From positions 8,742,001 to 8,806,000 of the forward strand of contig NC_043015.1 of NCBI RefSeq assembly GCF_006345805.1: DNA of 64,000 nucleotides, read 5' to 3'. The DNA is from Octopus sinensis. Its lineage: Eukaryota. The position numbers and the translations under genes were made by a program. Positions 37,576 through 51,188 of the stretch are shown here, piece after piece; positions within the stretch are counted from its first letter, which is position 1; each line of letters begins with the position of its first letter. A model generated the notes under the pieces. That model had not been told where the DNA came from. It made no database searches and saw nothing but the letters and a program-made list of their open reading frames with translations.

Positions 37576-37860
37576 GAAAGAATGGAGTTGAACGACGAAT
37601 TAACAAAATTCCTTTATTCTCGACATATGTTTCGAAGGCTGCATATTCCTAATTTCGAAGGAATAAGGGGTGCATTATGCCGCCTTCTCATCAGGAAAAA
37701 GAAGGAACTTACGTCAGCATCAAGATGCACAAAAACTTTTAGATGACTGCCCACACGGAGCCCATAAAAAAAACACAAATTGCCACACGAAAGCACGTGA
37801 TCGCTGCCCTTGCCATGGAGCTTCAACCGTGTTTTTCTGACGTGAATTTGCTACCCAGGT
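37572..37860 (-). mobile_element. PLE-like 3' terminal fragment abutting (TA)n
   Basis: Contains an intact hammerhead ending about 45 nt before the (TA)n junction. Confidence 0.65.
37617..37699 (-). ncRNA. Type I hammerhead ribozyme
   Basis: Minus strand: TTTTC / CTGATGA / GAAGGC...GCCTTC / GAA / palindrome ACATATGT / C / GAGAA. Predicted GUC cleavage between 37622 and 37621. Confidence 0.82.
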
Positions 37861-37914
37861 ATCGGTTAACCGAATTATCCATAATAAGATAATTATTCAA
37901 CTACTTATATATAT

Positions 37915-37957
<43 letters not shown>

Positions 37958-37959
<2 letters not shown>

Positions 37960-38879
37960 TTCAACAATTGAGGGTAAAATTAATTAATTATTAATCAATT
38001 TCACCAAGTATTCAGTATGCAAAGGGACCATTTAAGGCGAATTCAAATTATACATTATATAAAAGGGCTTAGTAAAATAAATTACTTTGCCGCATACTGA
38101 ACTCATTAGAAATAGTAGCTAAAAAAACTTTTTTAAAACTATTTATAATACTTAAAGAAAACCTCTCTCATATAGTGTTTGCTCAATTCAACTCACGAAA
38201 GTATGGGGGTAAAGACATTAAAAAATCAAATGCAAAGGTTATTTAGAACGTACGTTTCAAGATTAGTCAACTCGACATTTCTATCATCAGCTCAGAACTC
38301 CTTGGTTTGGATTTGAAAACACTGAAAGTGGGAGCATACCCTTTCGGCTTCTTATCGCTTCTGAAGATCTGCTCGAAACTAACAGTGCCAGCAAACTCAA
38401 ATATGCAAGCGAAGAATTCTCCTCTCCGCTTTCCACCAGCGTGGGTTAAAATCAGTAAACACTATGCTTTTTCGGTAAATCCCGAGGCATTAAATAGAGA
38501 GAGATGAATGATAATTTCAACAATTGAGGGTAAAATTAATTAATTATTAATCAATTTCACCAAGTATTCAGTATGCAAAGGGACCATTTAAGGCGAATTC
38601 AAATTATTACATTATATAAAAGGGCTTAGTAAAATAAATTACTTTGCCGCATACTAAACTCATTAGAAATAGTAGCTAAAAAAACTTTTTTAAAACTATT
38701 TCTAATACTTAAAGAAAGCCTCTCTCATATAGCTTTTGCTCAATTCAACTCACGAAAGTATGGGGGTAAAGACATTAAAAAATCAAATGCAAAGGTTATT
38801 TGAGAACGTACGTTTCAAGATTAGTCAACTCGACATTTCTATCATCAGCTCAGAACTCCTTGGTTTGGATTTGAAAACA
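37958..38879. repeat. About 365-bp direct repeats (37958-38321 and 38514-38879) with a 192-bp spacer, in (TA)n; probable tandem PLE terminal repeat
   Basis: About 5 substitutions and 2 single-base indels between copies; no TG..CA ends. Confidence 0.85.
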
Positions 38880-38899
38880 TATATATATATAGACATATA

Positions 38900-38930
<31 letters not shown>

Positions 38931-39149
38931 CTATGTGTGTGTGTATGTGTGTGTGTATGTATGTGTGAGTGTGCATGGGTGTGTATGTGTGTGAAACATA
39001 AATTAATCATTATAGCTAATGAAATGCGTACGTCTGATTGTAATATATGTACATAGATATGGAAATAAGCAGGGTAAAAAAAGTACTCATCAAGATTGAC
39101 ATTGCCGAAAACTATCATGTACAGCAATTATATATTATATATATATTTT

Positions 39150-39246
39150 TCTAGATCTGCATACATAAGTGTATACACCCACATTAATACCCAAATACTT
39201 TTGCGTATGTAAATATGTATCTCTCCTCCTCTTTCTCACTCTGTCT

Positions 39247-39283
<37 letters not shown>

Positions 39284-39390
39284 ATCATATATATATATAT
39301 TTGTTGAAATAGAAAGATGAATTTTCTTTTTACAGATTATTCAAAAGGTATCGGTTAACCGAATTATCCATAATAAGTAATTCATTCAAC

Positions 39391-39463
<73 letters not shown>

Positions 39464-39631
39464 TATATATAAGTAGTTGAATGGATTTCTTATTATGGAT
39501 AATTCGGTTAACCGATAACTGGGTAGAGAGAGAGAGAGGACAGACAGAATGAGAAAGAGGAGGAGAGATACATATTTACATACGCAAATATATATATATA
39601 TATACATACATACAAAATTAGAATGCAGATC
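39150..39631. repeat. Fold-back (inverted) duplication centred on a (TA)n tract
   Basis: 39199-39279 pairs with 39526-39588; 39347-39394 pairs with 39472-39517; a third copy of the inner arm lies at 37855-37905. Confidence 0.85.
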
Positions 39632-39799
39632 TAACGCACCTCGGTTGCCGTGGAGAGGTTGTCTCTCCTCTCAGATCAAATAGAACATGAGCTTTCTGTT
39701 TGTAAATAGTGATTGACACTCCGCAATGCTTCAAGATATCTCACAAATGCGTGTCATGTTCTTGTCTTTAGAAGCATCCTCTAAGTGAATGTTAGGATT

Positions 39800-40010
39800 A
39801 ATCTTACATGCAATGCGGTTCAAACTGGTGCATGTGGTATTTTCAAGACTAGTATAGGATACAGAGGGTTTGTGATAAAGCCAGCGGTGGAAACATGGTA
39901 CAGGACCGATAAATATCAAGGAAAACCAGCCCGAAAATTTAGGGAAGCTCTGAAGAGCACCAAAATATTAAGATCGTTGAAAAGCCAGAGAGCTCCCGCA
40001 GGTCACATTT
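39800..40010 (+). mobile_element. Possible decayed RTE-like LINE 3' fragment
   Basis: Weak resemblance to the G.RP.K.W.E region (GKPARKFREALK); no clean motif. Confidence 0.25.
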
Positions 40011-40799
40011 ATGTAGGCCGTTACTCTTTGAGAATGTCACATACGCCAATGAGAATTGCATCCTTGAGTCGACTTGGCATCCTTATTTTATCCAAGCACC
40101 TGACGGACCCGACACTCAGATATGACATAAAAGATTAAACCTGGTATTAACTGTAGAAATAGAAATGTAGACTACAACAGAAGGTACATAGATGGAGATT
40201 GTAAAGACAATAACATGGCATACATCGCTGAGATATCTACAAGCATTACGGAGATTTTAAACATATTTTTGAGACAATATGACGACCAAAAGTAGTCATC
40301 CATACTCTACCAAAATGCCAAAGACCAAAGGCACGTTGGGTCATGTTGATATCCTTATTTTTTCCAAGCACCCGAAGGACCCAACACTCAGATAAATACA
40401 AGTGTACCTCTTTATAAATGAAACATACCCCTTACTAAATACGAGATACACGTAGAAGGTAGATACCTCAATGCCCACTTTTTATAAATACACAGGTAGA
40501 TTTTTAGTAGATTTTTTATATGCAGGCGTATTTCTATATATAGGTAGATACATTGATATCCAGGCAAACAGATAGATAGTTACATAGGTAATACGAACAG
40601 AGAAGCACACAAACATACATACAAAAAACGTGAGGGAAACACATGACTATATACATGTACGCACACTCCACACACACACGCACACACACACATCGACACA
40701 TAGGGGGACAGACGCACTCAGACAAACACACACACATACAAACAGAAATATAAACAACACATGAACATGCAGAATACATACATACAAAGTATAGACATG

Positions 40800-40854
<55 letters not shown>

Positions 40855-42569
40855 GATTACACAAGCATACATACATGCATACATATGTGTATACCCATTC
40901 ACACTGACGCATACATATGCGCATGAACAAGCAAAATGTACGCTGCTCCGATAACCAATAGAATCAACAACTATTTAAGAGATTGAAAGAAGCGATGAAA
41001 ATTTTAGAAAAACTAATTAAATAATTAAGTAAATGAGTGGAAATTAAACCAATCAGTGTATTACTTAAAAATGCTTTAAAACTGAATGACTCTCCCGACC
41101 CACAATATTATACATATAATCTTAATAATACTAAAATTCTAGAGATGTTTGTCTGTAACCGAAATATCTCAGAAATAATATATTTCATCTTAATGTTTTG
41201 TTGCATATTTTAATACTTACCTTCGCCAGTGCAATATAATTTTTTGTAATATTTGAACCTCTATTTAATAATGAAAATGGTTAAACAGAATTTATGTTTG
41301 TAATTTCTTGACCTAAACACACATACATACATACAGAATACACACACATATACTGAATATCATGGCGTCACCTAACAAAACACGCATCCTTTATCATGGC
41401 ATATGCACACAGGAGGTTCTGCTCTCTAAGAAAATGAAAGTCGTAGACATTTTGGCGTATACAATAGTTTAATTATTTAAAAATATTTTAACTAAATGTG
41501 ATTTCAAAAATGTAAGTTGTTTGTACTGTAAGATTTTATATTTTAGCTTACTTTGAATAGAGAATATTTTAATCTTTTTTTTCTTAATTATTTTCAAGTG
41601 AATTACGAGCCTTCGCCTGTCATCTGGAGTTCGTTACTTTGTGTAATATTTTATTTATTTATTTACTTTCGCTTTAATATGAAAGAGAGCAGAAAGTGAA
41701 AGATATACGTGTATATGAAATAGATGTGTATGTGTGAAAGAGAGAGAGAGGGAGGGAGTGAGTGTGAAGGGGTGTGTTGTCATGCATGTGTACATACATC
41801 AATACATGTGCGTACATCGTACATCAATTTTATACTTACGTGTGCATGTATGTGTATGTGAGAGAGAGAGAGAGAAAAGGATAGGGAGTGTGTTGAGTGA
41901 ACGTGCGTGTTCTCATGTATGTTTAAGTGGTACTCTCCTCCTTCTCTCTCACGCACACACACATACACACACACTGCCATTTCATATATATATTCATACA
42001 TCTTTTATTTTCTCGTCTCTTTCACTTTCAAACAAATATAACTAAAGAAATACATGCATACATACATACATAAATAAATAAATTACGGAAATTGACGAAC
42101 GAAACCAGCTGAGCTGGATGACAGTTCTGAGACTCAAAGCAACAGTTTTAAGAGGCCAAGCGAATGTTTGATCCACTGTAATACCACTACAAAATTGTTT
42201 TTGTGTTTATCCAAAGTATCTCAGCTCCAAAGATTTAGTTGCTATTTCTAGCATGCCCTGCTACCTCGTAAAAGCTATTTGCGATATAGTACCCGAAATA
42301 CCTTTTACGTGGTAGCAGTGCGTGCAAGAAATATAGCCACTAAGTGCCGTTTACGCACGATTTCGATATCACTTTCGTTGAAAGCATGCGTAATATCCTG
42401 GAAAAGGATAACAAACCCACGAAACAAAACACCATTGCCTAGAAAATCAGGCTTTCCAGTTGACCCAACGGGTCATGTGTAGTCTAGTAAGTGTATATAT
42501 ACAGATAGATTTATGAATTTGTTTCGCAAGATTTCTAATGTGAATCAGTATGTTAAAATAGAAATTCTT

Positions 42570-42870
42570 GTATTACGGGATGGTAATAAACACACACGTA
42601 CTATATATTCGTTCTTCACTTGTTTATTGCTGCTCTTATTTGTCACTCGTGTGCATTGGTCGGTAATCCTTCGTCAGCATCGCTGGCCTCTTCAGAGCAT
42701 GCACGAAGACGGAAAATGTCGCTGAAGTGGTCAGAGATGTATGATGAAAGATTTCCGGGCAATGGACATGAGTTACAACGGGAACAGTAATAAACGGGGG
42801 AACAACGAATATATAGTGCGTGTGAAAACTGTGAATGAAGGGGCATCGTCTCCGTAATCTAGGAAAGTGT
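42570..42870. mobile_element. Diverged inverted-arm element related to 12034-12696
   Basis: CACACG(T/C)ACTATATATTCGTT at 42592 and inverted at ~42805-42826. CTGAAG(A/T)GG(C/T)CAG hammerhead-like starts on both strands. Confidence 0.55.
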
Positions 42871-42875
42871 GTTTG

Positions 42876-42922
<47 letters not shown>

Positions 42923-44130
42923 TACACACATACATGCATGCATGTAAGAGAACATGTTTATATATGAAATAGAAGATACAATTATTTAGCGTAATTCAGC
43001 TAACCATGTGACACATATCGTACAACTCTCATCTGTCCTTGGGATACGATTGTTTCTCTAGTTACTCCATAGTGATATGACAACAAGTCATGTAAAATAT
43101 ATTGCGAAGTCTTAGAGTTTATGATGTTCAGAAGTAAAGATAATGAGACTTTTCACGTAGAACTAGCGACTAGGACTAGATACTACCTTAGAAATCTCTT
43201 CAATATTACCAAATATGCGATGGCATCTCTGCTTACGCATGCAGTTCTAAATATATATACTCTACACAATAATGTTTTAATTATGCTGGCTTGCCTATTT
43301 ATAGAAACGTTTCAATTTGAGTATCAAAGAAAGTTTAAAATAGTTAACGATACAACTGCATAAAAACACTGTACACACATATAGGATTATTCTGAGGAAA
43401 GTTGTCTGACATATATTCATATGAATTACTTCGGCTCTCTTACTAGTATATTCCAAGAACTTGCAGTTATATTTCTAAGAACAAATGTATACTTCAAAAT
43501 ATCGTGGTGCAACAATATTTGTTGTATGATTACCTCCTATCTGGCAACATCAGAAATTCAGGAAATGAAATACTTGGCGTCAAACCATATTGTTCATTCA
43601 GAAAGTTTAAATCAATAATTGACCTTTTAACATCATTTCTTCCACCAATGACAACAAAAGATTTCAATATACGATCCGTTCATTCGACTTTCAGTGAAAT
43701 GTACCCAATTAGGTTAAGAGGTTACATCATCTAGTGCATTTCTGTGGAGATTTGTGAAAGGTAGACCTTCAGTAGAATCGTTATTTGTGTTCAATTTATA
43801 CTGATTAAAGTAATACATGCTTTCTCTCTCCATATACCTACTTCCAGTTTTTGTACGCACGCAAACATATACTCAAGTTTACACAGGGTTATATGTATAT
43901 ATATGTACCCTACACAGGTATGTACATACACACACATATAGATCTGATTGAATGTATGTATATATGTGCGTGTATGTTTGTGTATGTCCTCACACACTTA
44001 TATAATGGTGTGAGCATGTAGATATGAATATATAGAAATATACGTTTGTATGTGTGTGTATACACACATATATATATGGAAATGTATATACACATACGCA
44101 TATCTATATACATATACATATATACACATG

Positions 44131-44169
<39 letters not shown>

Positions 44170-44200
44170 TGTGTGTGTGTGTGTGCGTGTGTGTGTGTAT

Positions 44201-44246
<46 letters not shown>

Positions 44247-45048
44247 TATCTTCTATGTAGAACTAGATTAACGATTACTACCATTAAGTCTACCAGGGGC
44301 GCTGAAACGTTGCGGGCTTTTGGTGAAAAAGAATACGACAGGATCAGTTAATTATGGTATTGCGTCTCCAAAATCCATCCCCTCCTCACCTTGGTGGGGA
44401 CGCTGGTAACAGGTAGTGTCAGAGCTATGCCGTCGGGAACTTCGATTCCTGGTATAACCACCCACGATGGATTGGTCTGACACCGAGTTGTATTAGGGCC
44501 ACAACCCAGCAGACAACCGGCTTTGGTGAAAATCCTGAGATTGTCTGTTTCGGCAACCGGCGGCTCCTCGGTCGTTCTGTCCCGGCGTCTGCGGACAATC
44601 TGCGGTAAACAGGATGTCTCTACATGCGGGGGTTGTTGGTGACCGCTTGTGAAATTCATATTCCCAGGAAACTTCTTCCACCGCTATGCTTCGAGATGAC
44701 TCGAGGTTGGCGGAAGAAACCGACTCAACCCATCCAGGGTGAATGTCGCCACAAGTACAAGTAAGTAATTATGATATTATTTATCATATTATCCTCTCAG
44801 ATTGGCACACTTATCGCCCGTAAAAGAGCTCGGAATGTTGGGTCTAAAAGAAAGCCTTCAGCGATACCTGTTAAGCGACAAACGATTCAGCACCGTCTTG
44901 TAGACTTCCATTTGTGTTATCATTCTCCATCTTGGGTACATTATAATGGTTAAGGAAATTCATTATATAATTATGTTATCAGTTATGATAAACGATAAAT
45001 CGTAGAATAAATTACCATAAATACAACTTGACATTAATTCCAACATAT

Positions 45049-45209
45049 AGGCACATATCTGGCTGTGTGGTAAATTTCTTGATTTCCAACCACATAGTTC
45101 CGGGTACAGCCTCGCTACGTGACAACCTGAGCAAGTGTCGTCTTCTATAGCCTCGGACTGACCAAAGCCTTCTGACTGGATTTGGTAGACGGGAACTGAA
45201 TGAAGCCCG

Positions 45210-45253
<44 letters not shown>

Positions 45254-45284
45254 GTATATATATATATGTATGTATATATATATA

Positions 45285-45328
<44 letters not shown>

Positions 45329-45550
45329 GGTGTTTGTGTGTTTGTGTTTGTGTCTATGTTTGTCCCCATCTCCATTGCTTTACAACCGATGCTGGTATGC
45401 TTTCGTCCCCATAATCCAGTGGTTCGGCGAAAGCGACCGATAGAATAAGTATTAGGCTTAGAAAAAAATATGTACTGCGGTCGATTTCTTCCACCAAGGG
45501 CGGAGCTCCAGCATGGCCGCAGTCAAATGAGTGAAACAAATAAATGAGTA
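45049..45550 (+). mobile_element. Full-length SINE-B (CORE-type)
   Basis: Homologous along its length to 32236-32650, with an expanded CA/TA middle. Confidence 0.85.
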
Positions 45551-46058
45551 AAGGGGAATATATTTTGCTCTTGTAATTTTTTACAACCCTATTAACATCT
45601 TTGTATTACACATTCTATCTTTTAAACTGTATTTTGACTTTATTTTCTTTATTTGACTCTCCATTTCTCTACTTTCTTTGTCGCTATTTATAATATTCTA
45701 GCAGTTGCTTTGTTTCTTCTTCCCTTTCAAACTACTTATAAAACTACTCACCATCTACCAAATTGAGCACATTAGTTTTCTGTAGTACAGTGCAATAACG
45801 ATGTTTCCTGGTGCTTCGTTTTAGTGAAAACCTCCAAATCTACTTGAGACATGAAACACAGAGTTTCAAAGAAACTGATCGAAACCTTCGGAGAAATAAC
45901 AATCACCACTTACAGCTAACATCATCACCACCACAAAACTAAAAACACAACATAATACTAATAATAATAACACCAAGTTAGGAATAAAGCCAGAAGGTAA
46001 ACAGTGATAGCTTACAATTATCAGAAGACATTTTTAGATCGCTGTTGAACCAAGATTG

Positions 46059-46100
<42 letters not shown>

Positions 46101-46249
46101 TACATATGTGTATGTATATATATATATATGTACGTATGTATACATGTATGTATATATCTATGTAAATATGTATGTATGTATTATCTTTAGGATAATGGTG
46201 GGAAATGGTGGGAAGAGCATTGAAATCAGAAACACATAGGTAAATTTCC

Positions 46250-46900
46250 TGAAATAGATGCTAGTAGAGTTATAGAACATGGTGTGAAGAACTAGAAGAC
46301 TTCTCAAAATGCACAACCAACGACATCCTAAGAGCAACAATCACGAACTGTACCTAGCAACAAAGGAAGGGGGAAGACCATTACTAAATGCAGAAGACAA
46401 TGTTAATAATGCGATACAGAGTGTGATAAGCTATGTTAAAGGGAGAAAAGCAATTTAAACAGAAAATCTCGAAAAGACCGAGCAAGTGGAAATGGGTTTG
46501 AACTTGAACGAGAGAAAGAAACGCAAATTATAACCGCCCAAGTACAAGGGCTTGGAAGAACAATGGTAAAGAAATGGTTGAAAAACTCAGTTTGACTGTA
46601 AACGCTGAATCTCCAGGAAAAGTGGCTAATTGATGAATATCGTTTAGAGTGAATGTTGTATATTATCACAGAAAGAGAATAAACCCAGACATGACTGAAT
46701 AGGCAAACGAGTGTATTGGGATATTACCAGAATGAGTAGCTTCAAATCAGGAGAACGTTGTATGAACAAACATGAGGGACCAGAGTTGATGATGATGGAA
46801 ACTGAGAATTGCAAGTTCTTGTTCAATTCTCCTATAATGACTTCTGAAGCACCAATGTCTGTCGTTGAGGATAAGATAGAGAAGAAAACCGTATTAGCAG
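46250..46900 (+). mobile_element. Heavily decayed R4/Dong-like LINE fragment
   Basis: TRRLLKMHNQRHPKSNNHELYLATKEGGRPLLNAED matches TRKLL.MH..HPKSDVDRLY..RKEGGRGL; later RHD-like region and ETENCKFLFN. Confidence 0.72.
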
Positions 46901-47067
46901 AATCGACACTGAAGGAATTGAAAAGTTCGAAAATATCATGATCTAACCAGAAAGCTGAGAAAAGTGAGGACGAGCAAGACAAACAGTTATTGCTGTAGTA
47001 ACGGATGGCATTAACATTTGGCACTAAATGTCAAGATAAAATACCTGCTATATTGATATGCATTGAC

Positions 47068-47195
47068 ATAGTAGTAGTAGTAATATTAGTAGTAGTAGTA
47101 GTAGTAGTAGTAGTCGTAGTAGTAGTAGCAGTAATAGTAGTGGTGGTGGTGGTAGTGGTAGAACTAGTAGTATTAGTAGTAGTAACTGCAGCAGC

Positions 47196-47233
<38 letters not shown>

Positions 47234-47290
47234 CATCAGCAGTAACATCAGCAGCAGTCGTAGTAGTATTAGTAGTAGTAGTTGTATTCA
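47068..47290 (+). repeat. (GTA)n microsatellite
   Basis: Direct reading. Confidence 0.95.
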
Positions 47291-47536
47291 TAGTAATACT
47301 TATACAGGGTTTGGCCAAAAGTCGCCCGACAGTAAATCTAAACCATTTAATTCCAAGATTTATTTACATTTAAACACTCAATGGATATATAAGAAGCAAC
47401 TAAATACGAAACATCATGAAAATTGCTCAAATGAAGTCCTTCTTGAACGACACCACTTTTGTGTTTGAGTCTATACAGAGTTACATATTGTATTTAGGAA
47501 ATTTGGATTTACTGTCGGGTTACTTTTGGTCAAACA

Positions 47537-47693
<157 letters not shown>

Positions 47694-49804
47694 TGTTTCT
47701 AAGAGAAAAAAAGACTACATGGAGAAAGTTAGAAGAAAAAAAGCGAAAATGCACATTGGATATAGAAAATACACGCTTTTTTTCATGAAAAGTAATGATA
47801 AATATATACAAGAATTACGAGATGGCAATTAACACGAGGTCGCATTCTGAAGAGACTTTGTTACCAGTAAAGACTTCTCCTATGTTGAAAATCTATGAAG
47901 GTAAATGGTAGAATTATTGACTGGCGATAACAAAATTTTTGTGGATTCATAAGGCGAATCGTTGCCCTCCCTCATATTGTACAAACATATTTCCAGTGTA
48001 GAAGGGATTTAAGCACAAAGAAAAACATGTGAATACTTTCATCGCATTGGTACTTTGCATTATTTAAACAGAAATAAGCGAAAAGAAATAACAATTTGAC
48101 AATAAATCTGAGGAGGAAATTCCTTCCTAGGTTGTATTAGAAAATTATTCATAATACAAGAAAGTTTACTGGGAAAGTGGGCCTGAAGAAACAAGTCCTT
48201 AGTATCTACCAAACTTTGGTTGATAAAGTGCTTTATACGGCGCCCATCGATGTTCAGTTCTCAGGAATTTAGATTCTAGATGATTTATTGAATGTGTATA
48301 GAAAGTATTCCTTGGAGGAATACGCAGGATTTAGTCGTTAAAATTAGTGTTGAAATTTCGGCTTTCATCTACTTCACGTTTCCTTTCCACTCTTGTAGAC
48401 TACATTCTGGAAATGTAATAAATGAGATTACAGCAACAAAGTTTGGCGTATCGTTTCCACAAGTTATCGAAGGAAAAGTATGGACGCTTTTATAATAATA
48501 TAAGATACACTGTAAGTGAAAAAAGATAACTAAGAATATATATATACTATGCTGTCAAGAAGTCTCCAAATGTTTACCGATATAACATGTAATCTTATTT
48601 TGAGAAATTTAACTCATACGATTCCTTACGATTTCTCGCACAACTCTTTGTCACTTATCGCAAATATAAGGATTACACAGCATTAAAACAACTTAAGAAT
48701 GAAATGACATTGTGAAATTCTCTGATCATCAGGTTAATAGATTAATGGACATAAATGAATGTAAAAATCAAAGCAATTACATAAGCAAGAAAAAATATCG
48801 ATTTCGATATAAACCTATTTTAATGTGGCGTTTAAATGAAAAAGTTGTTCTCTTTCAACATACGAAAATATTCACATCCATACACAAGCGCACGCACAAA
48901 TATACACACAAAGGAATATATGTAAGTGCCTGTAAAAGCTGTTTCAGGGAAGTATATACGTATATATGCGTACAGGTGTGTATATAAATACAGGACATCT
49001 ACAACGGTGTAATTCAACTAAAATTAATTATTACAACAACAAAAAAACATTAATTTCAAAGAGGAATAATTAAGCGATATTTATGCTGCAGAGTGATCCA
49101 CGATTTTACTTCTCACACTTAACATCGTAAGCGCACTTAAATATTTGAAAATATAAAATATACTTCACAAGAATTGTAATGTATAATAAACACGAAGATT
49201 TAAAATATTATGTTACGGTTTGTATACGATTATTGGAAACTTTTAACTAAGTGCGCTGAAAGATTTTTTCAGTGTTATTTGTTGCACAACGTCTTCGAAG
49301 GAAGTAAGTCCGAAATTATATAATTTACCTTCCAATCAGTGTTTACTGCGTCCAGGCCGAACCTACATAAACACAAACAAACACACGCATATACAACGAC
49401 ACATTTCTAAAACAAGGCAAATGTTCAACACATATGTGTATACAGTGTCTGTTGGTGGTGCGTCTGTGTATAACAGTGTGCATAACTACATAAATACATA
49501 TATGAATTTATCAATTTATGCACCTACAACAACCGGTTTCGCTTTCGCTAATCATGACATTGAAATTATTGCAATTTTGTATATCCTTAACAAGATTTTA
49601 GTCATGTTCTCATATGAAAGTTAGTGAATGATCTTCTAATCACAATATTTCATAAAAGAACATTGACTAAAATATGCTTTAGTTAATACAAAACGACAAT
49701 AATTTCCTTGTGATGTTTAGCGACAGCGGAACCGTTAGACAAACAGAATACTCTTTAATTTAAAATATATTAAATCTAGGTAAAATGTATGCATTTTTTC
49801 TCCT

Positions 49805-49826
49805 TTTATTATTGTTGTTATTATTA

Positions 49827-49874
<48 letters not shown>

Positions 49875-49958
49875 TATTATTATTATTATTATATTATTAT
49901 TATTATATTATATATATATATATATCTATATATATATATATTATATATATATATATAG

Positions 49959-49990
<32 letters not shown>

Positions 49991-50070
49991 TATATATATA
50001 TATACATATATATATATATAGATATATATATATATATATTATATATATATATATACATATATGCTCCAGC
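49805..50070 (+). repeat. (ATT)n/(TA)n compound microsatellite
   Basis: Direct reading. Confidence 0.95.
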
Positions 50071-50617
50071 GATGAAGCAGTCACTATTGTTGGGCTTTAG
50101 TAATCCTAAGCAAAACTAGAGTAGCATAGAAATCTCACTCACCACGCTTTGGGGGTGGTTATCTTCCCTGTCATTTAAGGGACTCTCTTCCTTGCGGGTA
50201 ATTGTTTTTAACTCTCATTTGTTGCAATGCCGGTCCTAATCTGCAATGTCAGTTGAAATTAGTGGCAATTGAAATTTTCCCTTTCGGTTTCGTATTGCAT
50301 ATAACCGCCTTTTCGCTTATATATACGTGTATGTGCCTGCGTTTTGTGTGTGTACGTGTGTATTTGTGTGTGTGTGTGCGCTCGTAATCCTAACGGCTAT
50401 TCACTCCCAAACATCGAAAACTGTATCTCGGCATCTACGTTCTCAGCGGAAATATCATCGTATAATGTGGTTAACCGATAGGTGAAGCACTGGCATTTGC
50501 TCCACCCCGGGTCAAACTAAACTTGTGAAAAATACTGTCTAATAATTCGTCCTGAAATCCTTAAAGCTCTTGCCCACTCTAAGTAAAACCCCATAACCGA
50601 ATCCCAGATATACATAC

Positions 50618-50840
<223 letters not shown>

Positions 50841-51188
50841 ACTTTCTTTTATTAGCCACACAGGGCTGAATACAGAGGGGACAAATACAAATGCAGAGCT
50901 TTTCTTTTCGAGGGTGGAAAAAATAAAAAATGTAAGATTGCGATCAAAAGGGATCGAGAGGAGGAAAAAAAAAGGAAAAAAAGGAAAATCGTGTATCACA
51001 GAAATAATGGTGTAAACATTGATATAACAAGATTGGGTTCATCCGTGGGAAGAAAAGCCTACAGAAAAGACCACGGGAACCCCAGTCAGGGAGGAAATAA
51101 ACACATGAGGTCAAAAATGCTCTCTTTCTTTCTTTTTTACGATCTACAGGATCATGCTCAAAATGGTTTCGCACCATCTTTGCAACAT

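Noticed and set aside
37958-38879. LTR/TRIM retrotransposon interpretation of the direct repeats
   Set aside because: No TG..CA ends, PBS or polypurine tract; TA flanks favour a PLE-type origin
42279-42482. FN3-like peptide TFYVVAVRARN, and a minus-strand acceptor/donor pair at 42302-42397
   Set aside because: Only a short motif with no other FN3 residues; the minus exon has stops in all frames
42726-42857. FN3-like EYIVRVKTVNEGASSP and SLKWSE peptides
   Set aside because: They lie in different frames and the region is an inverted repeat homologous to the 12-kb element
48733-48790. DINEC calcium-binding EGF-like motif
   Set aside because: No following cysteines; expected by chance in AT-rich DNA
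50072-50135. Hammerhead-like GCGATGAAGC...GCAAAACTAG
   Set aside because: Core and stems too degenerate to support
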